Shown in pieces: positions 6,364 through 13,086 of a stretch of DNA of 32,000 bases (its first letter is position 1; each line of letters begins with the position of its first letter). A model generated the notes under the pieces. That model was not told the origin of the DNA. It saw only the letters and a program-made list of their open reading frames with translations, and ran no database searches. The stretch comes from an uncultured Actinomycetes bacterium (lineage in GTDB: Bacteria > Actinomycetota > Actinomycetes > S36-B12 > CAIYMF01): the NCBI GenBank assembly GCA_963843975.1, contig CAWJMG010000003.1, positions 1,320,001-1,352,000 on the forward strand, given 5' to 3'. A program made the position numbers and the translations under genes.

Positions 6364-8769
6364 TCAGGCGGTCGAGCTGAGCTTGATCCACATGGTCGTC
6401 TTCTGCTGGTTGATCACGCGGATCTTCACACCGGCGTTGGGCACCTTGACGCCCGCACCCGGAGCCTCCGCGTACCAGTAGGTGCGACGGTCGTCGAAGA
6501 CCGGCTGCGCCGCCTGGCTCTTGATCTTGTTGAGCTGGCTGTTCAGGTGCAGGTAGAGCGCGTCCGTGCGCTGCACCGAGAACGGGGCGTCGTACACCTG
6601 CACGCGACCACGCCACGGCGTGCCGTCGTTGCGCATCAGGGGCACGGGGTGCGAGTCGATCGGGAGGATCAGGCCCTCACCGGGGTGCTCGCTCTTGTTG
6701 TTGTCGTTGAACGAGGTGTCCCAGTACGAGATGAGCAGACCGTCCTGGTACGGGAAGTGCTCCACCTTGTTGGTGTTCACGTCGTTGAACCCGAAGTTGT
6801 ACGGACCAGTCTTCAGGTACGTGTCGTACGACGTGTACGCACGGTACGACGCGATGTAGTAGTGGTTGTACGGCGCGGTCGAGGAGGCACCGACGGTGGC
6901 GAAGCCGTCCGTGGTCCAGCCGTTGTCGCCGTCCTCCGCACCGTCGGTGAACACCGTCGTCGCACCCACGGTGAGGGCGATGTCGTCGGCGAAGAAGCCG
7001 ATCCCACCGACCGCACCGTCGGTCGCGTAGCGGAACCGCAGCGTCACGGTCTGGCCGGCGTACGCCGACAGGTCGACCGTGGCCGGAACCCAGGCGCCGC
7101 CGGACGTGCCGTCGATGCCGTTGTTCTCTGCGGGCTGCGTGACGCCGGCGGCGGGCAGGGTCTTGAAGCCCGTGCCGTCGTCGACCTCGATGTAGGCGTA
7201 GTCGCACGGGGTGTCGCCGCAGTCCTCGATGTCCCAGTTGGCCTGGAACGTGAGGGCCGCCGACGGACCCGCCGGGATGGCGACCTGGCGCGTGAGCGTG
7301 GTGTTCAGGTCGTCACCGGATCCGGACCACCAGCTGTTCGCACCCGTCTTCGGCGGCACCAGGTCGATGGTGACGTCCTTCGGCGGGAGCACCACGATCA
7401 GTGCCTGCGGGTTGGCGGTGTTGTACTCGTGCGGGCCGAGCTTCAGGGTCTTGGTGTCCCCTGCGAACGCGACCTTGTAGTCGAGCCAGCCGAGCTGGAA
7501 CTTGTCCCACGCCGACAGGTCGGCAGGGCGCGTGCCGATGCCCTGGTCGCCCGGCTTCCACGCACGGCTCTGCGCCATGAGGGTCCACCAGTCGACGCCG
7601 TTGTCGCCGCCGCCCGCCGTGTCGTAGTGGTCCGGCAGGCCGAGGTCGTGGCCGTACTCGTGCGTGAAGACCGACAGGCCGCCGTTCTCGGGCTGGATCG
7701 TGTAGTCGCCGATCCAGACGCCGGTGGTGCCGATCTGCGTGCCGCCGAGCGGGGCCGAGGCGGGGCCGTTGCCCTCGGAGCCGTCGAGGTACGCGTACCA
7801 ACGGTGGCTCCAGATGGCGTCCTCACCCTGGTACGGGTCGCCGTCGGCCTCGTCGCCGCCGGCGTGGACGATCTGGAAGTGGTCGATGTAGCCGTCGGGC
7901 TCGTTGAAGTTGCCGTCGCCGTCCGCGTCGTAGCGGTCCCACTGGTCGAAGGTGGCGAGCTCGGCCGCGATGTCGGCGTCGCTGCGTCCAGCGAGCTTCT
8001 GGTCGGCGACCCACTGGTTGGCGGCATCGCGGATCAGGGCCCAGGTGTTGGTGCAGACGATGTCGCCGCAGTCGTTGCGGCCGTAGCGGGCCTCGTTGTA
8101 CTTCACCTTCACCCAGTTGCTGACGGTGCCGTCGACGCTGTACCGGCCCGAGCTCTGGCGCTCGTAGTAGGTCTTCAGCGACTCGACGCCGTACCCGGTG
8201 CCGAAGTAGTTCTTCTGGAAGAACGCCTGCGAGGAGTCCTTCTGCCACACGGTGGCGTTGTCGGTCTTGTCGGGCTTGGGGATCTGGTTGCGCAGCGGGC
8301 CGTCGAACACCGTCGGCCCGGGGGTGCTGGGGTCGGAGTCGACGTCCGGGTACGCCGGGTCACGGTCGTTGCCGAACTCCGCCAGGATCACGAAGATCTT
8401 GTCCGTCGACTCGCGCGCGAGCTCGACGTAGTTGTGGGTCTTGTTGGTGCTGTACCCGGCGGACCGCTGGCGCGCATACGCGTTCGCCGGCTTGCCGAGC
8501 GCTGCGGTACCGAGATCGACGACGGTGCTGCCGCCCCGCTGCACCGGTGTCGCCGTGCCGTCGAGGACCGCCTGCAGGGCGGCCTGCCGCTCGGCGCGAC
8601 GCTTGTCCTCGAGCGGGTTCGGCAGGTCGTGGTTCTGATTCTTGGCCTTGGAGACCGCCGACGGCGCCTTGGCACCATCGGTCGACACGGCACTCGCTGT
8701 TGCTCCCCCGCTGGCGATGCTTCCGCACACCAGAGCGAGACCCACGAGTCCGACTACGGGTCGACGCAC
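6364..8769 (-). CDS. secreted M6 family metalloprotease (immune inhibitor A / InhA-like)
   Basis: Zinc motif HEYGHDLGLPDHYD. The N-terminal signal is VRRPVVGLVGLALVCGSIASGGATASA. GTG 8769 is preceded by GGAGGA with a 6-nt spacer; an alternative ATG at 8787 has no SD. About 801 aa. Confidence 0.85.
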   Translation of the reverse strand: MRRPVVGLVGLALVCGSIASGGATASAVSTDGAKAPSAVSKAKNQNHDLPNPLEDKRRAERQAALQAVLDGTATPVQRGGSTVVDLGTAALGKPANAYARQRSAGYSTNKTHNYVELARESTDKIFVILAEFGNDRDPAYPDVDSDPSTPGPTVFDGPLRNQIPKPDKTDNATVWQKDSSQAFFQKNYFGTGYGVESLKTYYERQSSGRYSVDGTVSNWVKVKYNEARYGRNDCGDIVCTNTWALIRDAANQWVADQKLAGRSDADIAAELATFDQWDRYDADGDGNFNEPDGYIDHFQIVHAGGDEADGDPYQGEDAIWSHRWYAYLDGSEGNGPASAPLGGTQIGTTGVWIGDYTIQPENGGLSVFTHEYGHDLGLPDHYDTAGGGDNGVDWWTLMAQSRAWKPGDQGIGTRPADLSAWDKFQLGWLDYKVAFAGDTKTLKLGPHEYNTANPQALIVVLPPKDVTIDLVPPKTGANSWWSGSGDDLNTTLTRQVAIPAGPSAALTFQANWDIEDCGDTPCDYAYIEVDDGTGFKTLPAAGVTQPAENNGIDGTSGGAWVPATVDLSAYAGQTVTLRFRYATDGAVGGIGFFADDIALTVGATTVFTDGAEDGDNGWTTDGFATVGASSTAPYNHYYIASYRAYTSYDTYLKTGPYNFGFNDVNTNKVEHFPYQDGLLISYWDTSFNDNNKSEHPGEGLILPIDSHPVPLMRNDGTPWRGRVQVYDAPFSVQRTDALYLHLNSQLNKIKSQAAQPVFDDRRTYWYAEAPGAGVKVPNAGVKIRVINQQKTTMWIKLSSTA

Positions 8770-9024
8770 TCTGTTTCCTCCCCACATGGTCGCCGTTGCG
8801 CGGCGCGCCCCGGCGTAGAACCGGCCACGGAGATCGTCCGTGGCACAGCGGCAACCTAAGGGGCTTGAGTGTCCGCTGCTAGCGCATCGGGTCACGTTTT
8901 CGCGGCGATGCCCGACGGTGACGAAAGATCCTCCGGTCGAGTGACCGTGACCGGTGCGGAACGTCCCCAGAGCGGCCGGGTGCCCGCCACGCTGCGCTAC
9001 CACGTCTGCACTCTCGGCGAGGGG

Positions 9025-9987
9025 TCAGCGGAAGAATGTGCGGATCCGCTGCGGCTCGATGCGCTCCTGCTGCCGTGCCAGGGCGGCGAGGGCCCGCTGG
9101 TCGGCCTCGGTCGGGCGCGAGGCGTCGAGGGCCCGCGGCCACAGCCCTCGACGCAGCACCACGGCCGCCTCGCCCGCGATCACCACGGTCTGGAACACCA
9201 GGGCCAGCAGCGCGAACAGGCCGACGATCGTCGCGAAGCTGCCGTAGACAGGTCCGGAGCGTGCCACGAAGCCCGGGAGCAGCGCCGCGCCGAACGTGAG
9301 CAGCAGCGACACGGCGACTGCCGCTACGAGGAGGCCGGGCCACAAGCCGGAGAGGTGCGTGCGCACCGGGACGAGCAGCGCGACGAGTCCCCAGATCACG
9401 AGCCCCGTCAGGACGACGCCTCCCACGAAGAGGCCGAGACGCGACAGCGCAGGCACGGTGGGCACGGCACCGACCACCGCCGTCATCGCGCCGACGCCGG
9501 CGACACCGACCACGAGCAGGACCAGCGCGGCAAGGGTGCGGACGGTGCGCGGCAGGAAGCCGTACCTGCTGCGGAACGGCACGCCCGCCAGCGCGTTGAG
9601 GGTCTCGTACGTCGCCCCGATGATGCCGAGCCCCGACAGCACGAGCCCCACGACACCGACGGCGAGGGGCAGCCCGCTGGACGGCATCGCCGCGATCGCC
9701 GACCCGACCGTGTCCTGGAGGTCGGACGGCACGACCGCCTTCACCAGGCGGTCCTGGAGCTCAGGGTCGTTGGCGAGGACCAGGCGCAGGCCGGTGACCA
9801 CGAGGAGGAGGAGCGGGAACAGCGACAGGAACCCGTAGTGCGTGAGCAGGGCCGCGTGGCGGCCGCCCTGGTCGTCGCCGTACTTCTTCACCACCGCGTA
9901 CGGGAACCCAAGAACTCCGTGCCGTGCCTGCGCGCTGTCGAGCCACGCGAGGAAGCGGTCCCATGGGTTCCCGACGCCGTCCACCAT
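9025..9987 (-). CDS. YihY/BrkB family membrane protein
   Basis: 320 aa from ATG 9987. Multi-pass hydrophobic profile and the family-typical HAALLTHYGFLSLFPLLLLVV segment. The longer ORF back to 10104 adds only a Pro/Gly-rich extension. Confidence 0.75.
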   Translation of the reverse strand: MVDGVGNPWDRFLAWLDSAQARHGVLGFPYAVVKKYGDDQGGRHAALLTHYGFLSLFPLLLLVVTGLRLVLANDPELQDRLVKAVVPSDLQDTVGSAIAAMPSSGLPLAVGVVGLVLSGLGIIGATYETLNALAGVPFRSRYGFLPRTVRTLAALVLLVVGVAGVGAMTAVVGAVPTVPALSRLGLFVGGVVLTGLVIWGLVALLVPVRTHLSGLWPGLLVAAVAVSLLLTFGAALLPGFVARSGPVYGSFATIVGLFALLALVFQTVVIAGEAAVVLRRGLWPRALDASRPTEADQRALAALARQQERIEPQRIRTFFR

Positions 9988-10074
9988 GCGCCCACTCTGC
10001 CCCGGATGCTGCCCGCGCGCCCCAGGCGGAGGTACCGGGCCGGTTGCACTCGACGGCCGTTCATCTTCTGGGGT

Positions 10075-10080
10075 TAGCCT
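10075..10080 (+). promoter_or_regulatory. -10 element (TAGCCT) positioned for a leaderless transcript starting at ATG 10088
   Basis: TANNNT hexamer, a 7-nt spacer, then ATG. No SD is present. Confidence 0.4.
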
Positions 10081-10087
10081 CGACGGC

Positions 10088-10285
10088 ATGGCGAAGCTGA
10101 GCAAGTCCGAGGCACTGGCCGAGTGGCGCGATGCCGAGGAGAAGTACCGAGCGGTCCTGGACGTCTACCTGACCGATGGCGGCGACAAGGCACGCATCGA
10201 CAAGGACGCTGCGGTCAGGATCGCCAAGGCCCGGGCCAAGGCCGACAAGAGGCTCGACGCCTGCCTGCACCGGCTCCTCGACTGA
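10088..10285 (+). CDS. small helical hypothetical protein (65 aa)
   Basis: MAKLSKSEALAEWRDAEEKYRAVLDVYLTDGGDKARIDKDAAVRIAKARAKADKRLDACLHRLLD. GC3 is high with a genome-typical codon pattern, and a leaderless -10 signature lies upstream. Confidence 0.55.
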   Translation: MAKLSKSEALAEWRDAEEKYRAVLDVYLTDGGDKARIDKDAAVRIAKARAKADKRLDACLHRLLD

Positions 10286-10366
10286 ACCGATCGGGGCAGT
10301 TCCGAGCCGAGTCGGCGTCAGGGTCGGTGTCACGCCGCGAGGCCCGACAGAGAAGTCGCCTGTTTC

Positions 10367-10384
10367 CAACGACTTTCGTGGGGC
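10367..10384. repeat. left copy of the 18-bp direct repeat CAACGACTTTCGTGGGGC flanking the IS
   Basis: Identical to 11741-11758. It abuts the IS left end (TGTAGG... at 10385). Confidence 0.9.
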
Positions 10385-10392
10385 TGTAGGCC

Positions 10393-10435
10393 TTCGGGTG
10401 ATGCTTGACGGAGCTAGGTCGGTTGATCCTTGACA
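10393..10435. repeat. two subterminal copies of the motif TCGGnTGATnnTTGAC(A/G) at the IS left end
   Basis: Copies at 10393-10410 and 10418-10435, spaced 25 bp apart. The same motif is inverted at the right end. Confidence 0.7.
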
Positions 10436-10449
10436 CTCCGTTCCTGTAT

Positions 10450-11628
10450 TCAACGCCGGGGACTGGTTCCCGCGGCGCGCTTCTTGCGGATCGGTCGGGG
10501 GTCGGTGCGGGCGGCGGCCTTCACGAGTTGGTCACCGATCCAGAACTGCAGCAGGCCCTCGCTGACCAGGACGTCGCAGTGCGAGCCGGAGAAGTTCTTC
10601 CCGACGCTGACCTGCTGCGCCCCGACGCAGACGACCCCGTTCGCGGTCACCTTGCGCGCCACCCACTCCTGACCGGCGGCGGACTCCCGTGCCGGACGTT
10701 CCATCACCGCCCGCGGCCGCGGTGCCCGCTCACCGTGGAACCGGGCCGCCGGCGTCGCGTCGTCCAGGGACTGATGCGGGCGCTCGTCGTTGTAGTAGGC
10801 CACCCACTCGTCCAACGCCCCCTGCGCCAGTGCCAACGACCCGAACACCTGGCTGGTGTCCAGCTCCAGGCGCAGGGTCCGGTGGAACCGCTCCACCTTC
10901 CCTGTCGTGGTCGGCGACCGGGGCGCGGTCAGCAGGTGCTCCACCCCGTTCTCCCGACAGATCCGGTCGAACAGCACCTCCACCGGCGGGTGATGGAACC
11001 GGCCCGTGAACACCTTCCCGTTGTCGGTCAGGATCTGCTCCGGGACACCATGAGCGCGCATCGCCGCCGCCAACCCGTCACACACCGCCTGCGTGCGCTC
11101 CCGCGGCATCAACCGCGCCGACACGCAGAACCTCGAGTGGTCATCGACCCCGGTCAGAGCCTTGGCCGTGGACCCGTCCGCGAGATGGAACCCACCCACC
11201 ACATCCATCTGCCACAGCTCCATCGGCGCGGCCCGCTCCCACCGCTTGAACGCCTCGCTGCGACGCTGGCGACGCACCGGCGCGATCACCCCCGCCCGCA
11301 CCAGGCACCGGTAGACCGCCGACTCGCTCGGCACCGGATCCACCCCCGCCCGCACCAGCTCGACCAGGATCCGCCGCGGACCCCAGAACGGATGCACCCG
11401 CCGCATCTCCAGCACCCGCGCCTCGACCGACGCCGGCATCTGATGCGGACACCCCACCGGACGATGCGAACGATCGACCAGACCCTCCAGGCCCTCGACC
11501 TCATAGCGCGCCAGCCACGCATGCAGCGTCTGCCGGGACACCTTCCACTGCGCGGCCACCTCGGTGACCGACCGGCCCTCCGCGATCACCGCCAGAACGG
11601 CCTGATACCGCTGCTCAGCCACACTCAT
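10450..11628 (-). CDS. IS481 family transposase (HTH plus rve/DDE integrase core)
   Basis: MSVAEQRYQAVLAVIAEGRSVTEVAAQWKVSRQTLHAWLARYEVEGLEGLVDRSHRP, then WQMDV, ILTDNGKVFTG and TTTGKVERFHRTL. Alternative in-frame starts lie at 11637 and 11652. Confidence 0.85.
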   Translation of the reverse strand: MSVAEQRYQAVLAVIAEGRSVTEVAAQWKVSRQTLHAWLARYEVEGLEGLVDRSHRPVGCPHQMPASVEARVLEMRRVHPFWGPRRILVELVRAGVDPVPSESAVYRCLVRAGVIAPVRRQRRSEAFKRWERAAPMELWQMDVVGGFHLADGSTAKALTGVDDHSRFCVSARLMPRERTQAVCDGLAAAMRAHGVPEQILTDNGKVFTGRFHHPPVEVLFDRICRENGVEHLLTAPRSPTTTGKVERFHRTLRLELDTSQVFGSLALAQGALDEWVAYYNDERPHQSLDDATPAARFHGERAPRPRAVMERPARESAAGQEWVARKVTANGVVCVGAQQVSVGKNFSGSHCDVLVSEGLLQFWIGDQLVKAAARTDPRPIRKKRAAGTSPRR

Positions 11629-11646
11629 CTCCCTCATGCAAGGGAG

Positions 11647-11734
11647 TGTCAAGAATCAGCCGAAGTAGCTGTCAACCATCAGCCGAAGACATGTAAAGCC
11701 TCAGCCGAAACCCAACTGTCAGGCATCAACCGAG
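11647..11734. repeat. four subterminal copies of the inverted motif TGTCAAnnATCAGCCGA at the IS right end
   Basis: Copies at 11647-11664, 11670-11687, 11692-11709 and 11717-11734, spaced 22-25 bp apart. These are probable transposase binding sites. Confidence 0.7.
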
Positions 11735-11740
11735 GCAATA

Positions 11741-11758
11741 CAACGACTTTCGTGGGGC
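11741..11758. repeat. right copy of the 18-bp direct repeat; overlaps the tRNA-Met 3' end
   Basis: Identical to 10367-10384. Bases 11753-11758 are the last 6 nt (GCCCCA) of the tRNA. Confidence 0.9.
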
Positions 11759-11827
11759 GGGTGGGGCTCGAACCCACGACCTGACGGATTATGAGTCCGC
11801 TGCTCTGACCAGCTGAGCTACCGCCCC
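11753..11827 (-). tRNA. tRNA-Met (anticodon CAT), elongator type; a tRNA-Ile2(CAT) identity cannot be excluded
   Basis: Acceptor GGGGCGG/CCGCCCC. D arm GCTC-AGCTGGTCA-GAGC. Anticodon arm GCGGA-CTCATAA-TCCGT. T arm GTGGG-TTCGAGC-CCCAC. CCA is not encoded. It lacks the initiator hallmarks (1:72 mismatch, three G:C pairs in the anticodon stem). Confidence 0.85.
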
Positions 11828-11871
11828 GGCCAGGGCAGCCTAGTGAGCCCTGGTGGCGCGGCCGAAGGGTG

Positions 11872-13008
11872 TCAGAGCGCGGCCGGCTCCTCGGCCGCGC
11901 CGACGACCGCCGCGACGAACTCCTCGAGGCCCTGCCCGTCCGTGCGGGTCACGAGGACGAAGTGGTCGATGCCCAGAGCGGCAGCCATCGCCTCGAGCTC
12001 CTCGGGATGGCTGTCTCCGACGAGTGCGACGAGGATCTGCGTGCCGGACCAACGGACGACGAGGTCTCGGTGGCCGAGCGCGGCTCGCAGGCCGTCGACG
12101 ATCGTGGCGATGCCGCGCGTCGAGGCGCCCAGGACGGCTGCGAGCTCGACGAGGGCTGCGCGGAGAGTGGTGCCCCCGGCATCGGCGACCTCGATCTCGC
12201 GCTGCAGCGCGTAGAGGCCGTCTCCCGCCGAGTGCACCCCGGTCCGCGGGTCCGCGCCGGCGACAGTCGGCACTGCGACCTGGACGACCCGGTCCTGCAT
12301 CGCGGCGAGCCTGTCCATCGCCGACTGCAGCCGATCGACCGAGGCCAGCTGACGGTCCGTCTCGGCCTCGACGACGAGCAGTCCGATCTGACGGGTCGAC
12401 GTGTCCGCTGCGGAGAGCGCGTTGCGCTCGCGCTCGAGGGCGAGCAGGTCACGGTGGATCGCAGCAACGTCTCGCGCGGCGGCTGCACGGTCCCGCTCCA
12501 GTGCGGCGCGGTCACGCAGGTCGGAGAGGGCGTCGACCATGTCAGCGTTCCTGTCGCGCAACGCTGCCTCGCGATCGCGGGTGAGTGCGAGCGACATGCG
12601 GTGCACGGCGAGCTCGTCGCGACGCGTCGCCGCCTCGTCGCGCAGGACGGCGGCCAGCTCACGCCGTCGGCCCGCCTCGGTCCACCCCGCGGTATCGCCC
12701 TCCCCCCGCTCGTCGCGCTCGCGGCCGGCCTCGCGGCGGTCGAACTCGGCGAACTCCCTGTCGAGCGCCGCGAACAGACGGTCCTGCTCGGCGGAGAGAC
12801 GGTCGGCCGCCGAGGCCTCCCGGTCGGCGCGCGAGGACAGGCGCCCCGTCTTGCCCTGGGACCGGTGCTCGGCAGCGGAGTCCCGGTCGGTGGCGGCCGC
12901 GTCGCGGTGCGCCGCAGACCGGTCCCGGTCCGCCGCAGCCTCCTCGCGGATCAGCACAGGGGCGTCGAGCAGGGACTCCGTACCGGTTCCGTGCAGGTCC
13001 GGGTCCAC
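11872..13008 (-). CDS. coiled-coil Arg/Asp heptad-repeat protein with a degenerate C-terminal GGDEF-like domain
   Basis: 378 aa from GTG 13008. Arg recurs at a strict 7-residue period over 28 heptads. The C-terminal DPRTGVHSAGDGLYALQREI...RDLVVRWSGTQILVALVG parallels DxLTG...RYGGDEF of GGDEF domains, but the signature is SGTQI (12034-12054). Confidence 0.7.
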   Translation of the reverse strand: MDPDLHGTGTESLLDAPVLIREEAAADRDRSAAHRDAAATDRDSAAEHRSQGKTGRLSSRADREASAADRLSAEQDRLFAALDREFAEFDRREAGRERDERGEGDTAGWTEAGRRRELAAVLRDEAATRRDELAVHRMSLALTRDREAALRDRNADMVDALSDLRDRAALERDRAAAARDVAAIHRDLLALERERNALSAADTSTRQIGLLVVEAETDRQLASVDRLQSAMDRLAAMQDRVVQVAVPTVAGADPRTGVHSAGDGLYALQREIEVADAGGTTLRAALVELAAVLGASTRGIATIVDGLRAALGHRDLVVRWSGTQILVALVGDSHPEELEAMAAALGIDHFVLVTRTDGQGLEEFVAAVVGAAEEPAAL

Positions 13009-13014
13009 CCCTCG

Positions 13015-13020
13015 ACCCTA
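13015..13020 (-). promoter_or_regulatory. -10 element (TAGGGT) positioned for a leaderless transcript starting at GTG 13008
   Basis: On the minus strand: TAGGGT, a 6-nt spacer (CGAGGG), then GTG. Confidence 0.4.
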
Positions 13021-13086
13021 CGCGCATGCACCACGGGCGGATCCCACGCGAATGGACTCGACGACCGCGGGCGCGGACAGTGTCAG

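Larger units (their letters stand above)
10385..11740 (-). mobile_element. IS481-family insertion sequence (about 1356 bp)
   Basis: Single DDE/rve transposase ORF. The imperfect terminal inverted repeats are TGTAGGCCTTCGGGTGATGCTTGACGG (left) and TATTGCCTCGGTTGATGCCTGACAG (right, reverse complement). It is flanked by the 18-bp direct repeat. Confidence 0.8.

Noticed and set aside
8700-8769. Lipoprotein lipobox in the M6 protease signal (LALVCGS).
   Set aside because: The residue before Cys is Val, not Gly/Ala/Ser, so it does not fit the L-[AS]-[GA]-C pattern. An ordinary Sec, or possibly RR-containing Tat, signal with ASA/ATA cleavage is more likely.
10367-10384. Possible second tRNA or pseudo-tRNA because the tRNA-Met 3' end sequence recurs here.
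   Set aside because: Only 6 nt of tRNA sequence plus trailer are present. No cloverleaf can be drawn upstream. It is the left copy of the IS flanking duplication.
11647-11734. Four regularly spaced (22-25 bp) 18-bp repeats that superficially resemble a mini CRISPR array.
   Set aside because: The repeats are degenerate and lie inside the IS right end. They are mirrored in inverted orientation at the left end, and the spacers are only 4-7 bp. They are transposase-binding subterminal repeats, not CRISPR.
11753-11827. An initiator tRNA-fMet identity, and concern about a 6-nt variable region (CAGGTC).
   Set aside because: The 1:72 pair is a normal G:C and the anticodon stem lacks the three consecutive G:C pairs of initiators. 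All four stems pair cleanly, so I keep it as a functional elongator-type CAT tRNA. The extra variable-loop base may just reflect my hand folding.
11869-13086. The plus-strand frame-1 ORF that continues upstream from the GAF-GGDEF-EAL gene across the whole heptad-repeat gene.
   Set aside because: Plus frame 1 and the minus-strand gene share the low-GC second codon position, so GC3 cannot separate them. The plus translation is D/E/R/G-rich junk. The minus translation shows strict heptad periodicity and a GGDEF-like fold pattern. I therefore started the + gene at ATG 13087.
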